A stretch of 64,000 bases of DNA, from NCBI GenBank assembly GCA_964342815.1, contig CAYFHS010000008.1, positions 32,001 to 96,000 on the forward strand. The letters are read 5' to 3'. Below are positions 58,650 through 64,000 of this stretch, piece after piece (positions within the stretch are counted from its first letter, which is position 1; each line of letters begins with the position of its first letter). A program made the position numbers and the translations under genes. This DNA is from an uncultured archaeon. GTDB lineage: Archaea > Thermoplasmatota > Penumbrarchaeia > JASLWR01. Under the pieces are notes generated by a model. That model made no database searches. It was not told the DNA's origin and saw only the letters and a list, made by a program, of their open reading frames with translations.

Positions 58650-60432
58650 GAAAGTTATCATGAATATACCCGAGAGCACGGGTGTTTATGTTTTTTGGTC
58701 CGAAAAAAAGGTTATTTACGTTGGGAAAGCCCTATCGCTAAAAAACCGGGTCAGGGACCATTTTTCTCTCTCAAACAATGAGGCGAAAGAAGTTAACCTT
58801 CGTGAGAAAACCGACAGAATAGAATTTTTTGTCACTGGAAGCGAGGCTGAAGCCCTGATACTTGAGCGGAACCTGATTAAGCGTTATTTGCCGAGGTACA
58901 ATATACTGCTAAAGGATGATAAATCCTTCCCATTCATCAAGATAACGCTTGCAGAAGAGTGTCCAAGAGCCTACATCACAAGAGAATTGATCGACGACGG
59001 CTCCCTATATTTCGGCCCCTATGCCAGCCAGGGAGGAATAAAGAGAGTACTTGGGTACCTCAGAAAACTTTTCGGAATACGATATTGTAAAAAAAAAATT
59101 GGCTATGGTTCAGCCGACAGGCCATGTCTCAATTACCAGATAAGACAGTGTTCAGCACCTTGCGCGGGAAAGATCAGCCGGGAAGATTATGAAAAAGCCT
59201 TGGCCGGCGTTTGTTTGTTTTTAAGGGGTGATATTAAAAGACTTTTAGCAGAGCTGCAGGCTGAAATGGGCAATTATTCGAAATTGCAGAATTACGAAAA
59301 GGCCGCTGTATTGAGAGACCGTATCAATGATATCAAGGCGGTCTCGCAAAGGCAAAGGGTGTCGAGAGCTCTCGAAGGGGACCTCGATGTGGTGGGTACG
59401 GCAATAAGGGGCGATAAGGCTTGCATACAACTATTTATAGTCAGGCGGGGAAATCTTATCGGAAAGGAGGTTTTTATCGAGAGTGTCCCTCCGGGCAGCA
59501 CTCACTCGGAGGTATTGACAGCATTCGTTGAACAGAGATATTTCGGGAGGCTGGATATCCCGTCAAAGATAGTAACAAGCCACAAACTGATAGATAAGAA
59601 ATTCATAAGAGGATGGCTGCGTGATAAAAAAATCAAGGCAAGGTTGTCTATGGCGAGAAACGAAATGGAACGGGATCTGAAAAAATTAGTCCTCCAAAAC
59701 GCTTATGAGAAGTTATCAATGGAGCTGAAAATGGAAAAGGTCGTCCCAGCCCTCATGGAACTCCGTTCAGCACTATCGCTCCTGGAGGTCCCGGAGAGGA
59801 TAGAGGGGATCGACATATCAGATATAAGCGGGGACTGGGCCGTTGGTTCTCTCGTTTCGTTCTTCAGAGGAGAACCTGACAAGAAGAACTACAGGAAATT
59901 CAAAATCAAAGCAGTTGAGGGGATTGATGATTACGCCATGGTACGAGAGGTAGTGAGAAGAAGATATTCCCGGTTGGTGAACGAAGGTGGGAGGCTGCCG
60001 AATATAATTCTCATCGATGGTGGGAAGGGCCATCTAAGCTCGGCGGTGGAAGAACTGGAACGTTTATGTATCGATGTTCCGGTGATATCCATTGCAAAGA
60101 AGCGGGAGGAGATATTCGTTCAGGATTGCAGTGACCCTCTCGAGATAGGGCATAAATCCGAAGGCATGTCCCTATTGGTGCAAATTAGGGATGAGGCACA
60201 CCGATTTGCAGTGGATTATCACAGAAAACTGAGGCGGAAAAGGGTAAAAAGATCGATTCTCGATGAAATTCCAGGTGTGGGTCCTGCCAGACGGAAAAAA
60301 TTGATCAAACATTTTGGCAGCGTACGGAAACTGCGGGAGGCTTCCCTGGATGAGATTACGGAAGTACATTCGGTGGGGAGCTCGCTGGCTGAGGAGATAT
60401 ATCTTTTTTTACATGGAAGTAAAAGAAAGTGA
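58636..60432 (+). CDS. uvrC: Excinuclease ABC subunit C
   Basis: GIY-YIG (GVY..IYVGKA..L..RV), UVR domain, [28 protein letters not shown], HhH GVGP. Confidence 0.97.
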   Translation: MPVDRKVIMNIPESTGVYVFWSEKKVIYVGKALSLKNRVRDHFSLSNNEAKEVNLREKTDRIEFFVTGSEAEALILERNLIKRYLPRYNILLKDDKSFPFIKITLAEECPRAYITRELIDDGSLYFGPYASQGGIKRVLGYLRKLFGIRYCKKKIGYGSADRPCLNYQIRQCSAPCAGKISREDYEKALAGVCLFLRGDIKRLLAELQAEMGNYSKLQNYEKAAVLRDRINDIKAVSQRQRVSRALEGDLDVVGTAIRGDKACIQLFIVRRGNLIGKEVFIESVPPGSTHSEVLTAFVEQRYFGRLDIPSKIVTSHKLIDKKFIRGWLRDKKIKARLSMARNEMERDLKKLVLQNAYEKLSMELKMEKVVPALMELRSALSLLEVPERIEGIDISDISGDWAVGSLVSFFRGEPDKKNYRKFKIKAVEGIDDYAMVREVVRRRYSRLVNEGGRLPNIILIDGGKGHLSSAVEELERLCIDVPVISIAKKREEIFVQDCSDPLEIGHKSEGMSLLVQIRDEAHRFAVDYHRKLRRKRVKRSILDEIPGVGPARRKKLIKHFGSVRKLREASLDEITEVHSVGSSLAEEIYLFLHGSKRK

Positions 60433-60568
60433 TATTGGGTGTAAAATAGAAAAAGACGAGTTTTTATGTTCACTTTTATTTGCTATTTCATAAAATCCAC
60501 AGGAATTCAACTGGTTTTCAGGGTTTACCTAGGATAAAGATAATAGTAATGAAAGCGATTCACCACCG

Positions 60569-61996
60569 ATGCGAGTACTCCAGGTCGTGCATGATTTTCT
60601 TCCCAAATACAACGCCGGTACAGAGCGATACACGCATGATCTTTGCCGAGAATTGATGTGTAATAATGAAGTATCCATTCTTTGCGGCGAGCATGAACCA
60701 CGGAAAAAAGATTATGAATTTTCCGACGAAAAATATCTCGGACTACCAGTTCGCAGAATATACCTTCCCAGGAGACACGAATACTCTCAAAGCTATCACA
60801 ATCCTGAAATGGATTCCACATTCCGGAACCTTCTCGATATGTTCTTACCTGACGTGATCCACTTCCAGCACCTGATATACCTCTCGCTTTCATTCGTTGA
60901 TATCGCCCGAGAACGCGGTATACCAGTGATAATGACACTTCATGATTACTGGTTGATGTGTCCAATGGGTCAGTTATTGAAAAGGGATTGGGGAACCGGT
61001 ACTTCATTTAAACGGAATATCGAATTGTGCATGGGTCCCGAAAATGATAATTGTCTAAAATGCATGTGTCCTCCTTTTGGATATATTTTAAAAAAGAGAA
61101 TAAAAAGGAAACTGCGGGACCCCGAAGACTTGGGCCCTGGTATCGGAAGAATATTCGATGTCATCTCGAGCCTGCAACGGGATGAAGTACGGAACATGTT
61201 CGGCCCCATAAAGGCCAGATTACAGGGAGCCGCCTATCTTAATAAGGGGGATATAGAAAAAAGAGAGCGGGAAATTAAGAAAATCGTAAAAAAAATAAAT
61301 ATGTTCATTTCACCCTCAAAATTCCTTCGGGATCGATTTATTGACTGGGGCCTTCCTGAAAAGAAGATAAGGCATGTAGAGAATGGGACCGAGGTCCGGC
61401 CTTTCCACAAATCACAGAAGAAAAGCAATGATCGACATGAGGGCGGTGCCGCCAAAAAGGTTAAAATCGGATTTATAGGGACCTTAAAATCCGATAAAGC
61501 ACCGCATCTCATACTGGAAGCGCTAAACCTTATGGAATACTCAGGGAGTGTGGTGGTGAAAATATACGGGGATACCACAGTAGACCCGATTTATGCGAAT
61601 TTCATGAAGAGATTGGTAAGAAAGGGAGAAGTTACTTTCATGGGAAAGTTCGGTGAAGATGAAAAACCGGCAATCTATCGGGATATGAGCGCTCTAGTTG
61701 TCCCTTCTGTTTGGTTCGAGAATTCACCCGTTACCATTCATGAGGCGTTTGCTGCTGAAATCCCTGTGATCACGTCAGATATCGGTGGAATGAAAGAACT
61801 TGTGACCCATGGAAAGAACGGGCTGCTGTTCCAGGCGGGTTCGGTTCCCGATCTAGCCAAAAAACTTGATGAATTTGTTGGAGATAATAAATTGAGAGAA
61901 TGCTTAAGGAATGGAATTAAGAAAGTAAAGACAATGGATGAGCACGGAAATGAAATATTGAAGATATACAAGAACGTAATCGATGATGCGAATTAA
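60569..61996 (+). CDS. Glycosyltransferase family 4
   Basis: GTERY, HFQHL, TLHDYWLMCP, FIGTL..DKA, VPSVWFENSP..EA..PVI..GG..E. Confidence 0.9.
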   Translation: MRVLQVVHDFLPKYNAGTERYTHDLCRELMCNNEVSILCGEHEPRKKDYEFSDEKYLGLPVRRIYLPRRHEYSQSYHNPEMDSTFRNLLDMFLPDVIHFQHLIYLSLSFVDIARERGIPVIMTLHDYWLMCPMGQLLKRDWGTGTSFKRNIELCMGPENDNCLKCMCPPFGYILKKRIKRKLRDPEDLGPGIGRIFDVISSLQRDEVRNMFGPIKARLQGAAYLNKGDIEKREREIKKIVKKINMFISPSKFLRDRFIDWGLPEKKIRHVENGTEVRPFHKSQKKSNDRHEGGAAKKVKIGFIGTLKSDKAPHLILEALNLMEYSGSVVVKIYGDTTVDPIYANFMKRLVRKGEVTFMGKFGEDEKPAIYRDMSALVVPSVWFENSPVTIHEAFAAEIPVITSDIGGMKELVTHGKNGLLFQAGSVPDLAKKLDEFVGDNKLRECLRNGIKKVKTMDEHGNEILKIYKNVIDDAN

Positions 61997-62344
61997 TCAG
62001 ATTTCCTCCGTCCCCTCACCCCTGTACTCGGTTACCCTTATCCCGTCCTTTACTTTAATGGCCTTCCGCTTCATTATTTTGTCCATTTTTACAAGGAACG
62101 TTTTTTCGAGATCAACGTCCAGTACAACGCAGTGTCCCAACAATAAAATAAAAATATCGGCAAGCTCTTCTTTGATTTCTTCCAAATCCTTTCCCTTGGT
62201 GAGACATTCCGCCAACTCGCCCACCTCCTCCATCATCAGGAGCATTCTGAAATTCATATCCGAACCATTGTTGTTTGCGAAATCGTGCTTCTCGTGGAAG
62301 CGCCGAACCATTTCCGTAAGCTTAGATAATTCCAAAAAGAACAA
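61997..62344 (-). CDS. MazG-like nucleotide pyrophosphohydrolase
   Basis: EEVGELAE..EELAD acidic motifs; the start may be an internal ATG. Confidence 0.85.
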   Translation of the reverse strand: MFFLELSKLTEMVRRFHEKHDFANNNGSDMNFRMLLMMEEVGELAECLTKGKDLEEIKEELADIFILLLGHCVVLDVDLEKTFLVKMDKIMKRKAIKVKDGIRVTEYRGEGTEEI

Positions 62345-62361
62345 CCCCTGCTGCCCTCGAT

Positions 62362-63813
62362 TTAATTGTCTGCATCGTCCAGCTCAATAGTGAATAAAAC
62401 TTCATCTTCGGTTTTTTCACCATTCGAGCTCCCCTCGTCATCTGATCCTCCATTCTCCCCCGGGGGTTCGATGGATTCCTCCTCGGGATCGTTGGTATCA
62501 TCAGGAGAATCATCAATATCTCCCTTATCATCCGTATTCTCTTCCCTATTTTCATCCCCCTCATCACTATCATCATCTTTATCATTGGATCCCTCCCCTA
62601 ATTCGATAACGTCGATTTCGCCAGCTTCTTCCTCTGCCAGATCTTCGATTTCGTCAATATCCTCACTTGTCTGATCATCCACTTCATCTCCATCTCTCTC
62701 GGATTCTCCGTCACCTTCCTCATCAGGTTCTTCGGTGATTTCATCAGTCTCCTCCAAGTCGTCGCAGTGTGGGCAGAATTCCAGCGAAATATGATAATAT
62801 CCACCACATTTGTCGCAGATGTTCAGTTCTTCCCCGGTCTCCTTCGAAATGGCAATTCGCCTGACAGGTATCTTCATTACCAGATCGGATTCTTCTTCAG
62901 ATGGTTTTTCGGTCATGGGGAACACTTCGGTCCCGTCCGTATCTTTTTCGTTTTCCACGGGGTGCAGCATAGACGCAAGGCTTACTTCCGCAGATCCATC
63001 CGATTCCACTATTGGAAGTATTGATTTCATCTCTTCCAGTTCGTCGAAAATATCTGATACCGCTTCTCCGACCCCCGAATTTGTTCCCTCATCTTCATCC
63101 AATCCCAATCTTCTTCCGAAATCCTCCCGGGCCCATTGAACCGTTTCCAGTATCTCTTTCGAATACTTCTTTGCCTTTACCTCCTTTATGCCTTTTACCA
63201 TTTCCAATTCTTCAACGGTGGATGGCAATTTGAGTGCTATGTCCTTCAAGGTATCGTCATTGAAGACCATGTAGGGCGGGATATCGTTTGAATGAGCCAG
63301 ATTCCTCCGCATACTCCTCAATTCCGGTATAACGGCTTTCTGTTCAGGTGTAAAGATAGGTTCGAGCTGATGGTATAATGGAAATGGTAGCGGGACCCAG
63401 GCAATATCCTTGCCTTCAAGACCCTGTTCGCCTCGGTCCGAGATTCGTATATTATGAATCTCTTCCTCCTTGACAACCATATCTATGAATCCTTTTTCTA
63501 TAAGGGCATCGATCATGCTGATAATATCCTTCTTACTAAGTTTCCCAAGGTCTCCGTAAAATGGATTCTGGTCAAGATCATTGTCCAGTATAACCAGGGA
63601 TGCACTTCCTCTCAATACTGAAGCCAGCACGTACCTTCCAAAATCCTTTGGCAGGGCAGACAAGCAGCCGAGTATCCGGCCTGCTGTGTTGGTTTCAAGT
63701 ACATGATCGGAGAATAAAAGGGAAATATCGCGGTTGCAAAAAGGACAGGATTCTTCTTTAATTTTCAGTTCATTGCCGCAAAAGGGACAAAAATTTATCT
63801 GGGCTTCGGTCAT
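62362..63813 (-). CDS. Zinc ribbon - RQC - HRDC protein with a second Cys motif and a very acidic tail; no helicase core
   Basis: CPFC/CPFC; RQC-like GRYVLASVLRGS..FYGDL..IDALIEKGFI; HRDC LRSMRRNLA..PPYMVFNDDTLKDIA..P.T.EEL..VKGI; CDKC..CPHC; D/E-rich end. Confidence 0.82.
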   Translation of the reverse strand: MTEAQINFCPFCGNELKIKEESCPFCNRDISLLFSDHVLETNTAGRILGCLSALPKDFGRYVLASVLRGSASLVILDNDLDQNPFYGDLGKLSKKDIISMIDALIEKGFIDMVVKEEEIHNIRISDRGEQGLEGKDIAWVPLPFPLYHQLEPIFTPEQKAVIPELRSMRRNLAHSNDIPPYMVFNDDTLKDIALKLPSTVEELEMVKGIKEVKAKKYSKEILETVQWAREDFGRRLGLDEDEGTNSGVGEAVSDIFDELEEMKSILPIVESDGSAEVSLASMLHPVENEKDTDGTEVFPMTEKPSEEESDLVMKIPVRRIAISKETGEELNICDKCGGYYHISLEFCPHCDDLEETDEITEEPDEEGDGESERDGDEVDDQTSEDIDEIEDLAEEEAGEIDVIELGEGSNDKDDDSDEGDENREENTDDKGDIDDSPDDTNDPEEESIEPPGENGGSDDEGSSNGEKTEDEVLFTIELDDADN

Positions 63814-64000
63814 TTGGGGCCACCTTCAAGAGGATCGAATTAATCATTTAGGGTTTACGATTACAGATAATATAGAAATTACATAAATGATTTACCTACG
63901 GATTAAATAAACAACGAAACAGTAATGATCAACAAAAAATTCAATCCTTCATTTCGATTTCAAATCTATTTAGAAGGTAAGGAGCAAATACAAAATCCTT

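Noticed and set aside
53817-60432. uvrB-uvrA-uvrC in an archaeon as a novelty
   Set aside because: UvrABC is well known in mesophilic euryarchaea and the proteins look canonical.

Overview
Archaeal chromosomal segment. Markers are class I LysRS, eL40, archaeal CCA-adding enzyme, phosphopantothenate synthetase, deoxyhypusine synthase and DUF373/DUF3198-like proteins; Thermoplasmatota affinity is my inference only. Housekeeping and metabolic genes (htpX, cobalamin adenosyltransferase, split acyl-CoA mutase with meaB, bcd-etfBA, uvrBAC, sugar-nucleotide and glycosyltransferase genes) surround two accessory loci. (1) 35.4-42.8 kb is a partly AT-rich putative defence island: AAA/DUF4143 ATPase, a TPR gene remnant with a hairpin-rich insertion, an orphan TPR sensor-like gene, a restriction-endonuclease-LamG fusion and an HNH-STAND NTPase-TPR (Avs/NLR-like) gene. 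The three TPR units share a nucleotide-conserved 3' anchor, suggesting sensor-cassette shuffling. (2) 5.7-12.5 kb is a four-gene signalling cluster: coiled-coil/TPR, SPFH-SHOCT, a Kelch-TSP3-TM-Ser/Thr receptor-like kinase and an FHA protein. Three intergenic regions (14.7, 31.7, 47.9 kb) and the 37.0 kb insertion are densely base-paired, and two share a motif. Other unusual architectures are PKD-Na+/H+ antiporter, TPR-JAB protease, ferredoxin-EtfA and helicase-less RQC-HRDC. I found no tRNA, rRNA, CRISPR array, transposase or reverse transcriptase by eye. All domain calls come from motif recognition, not database searches.
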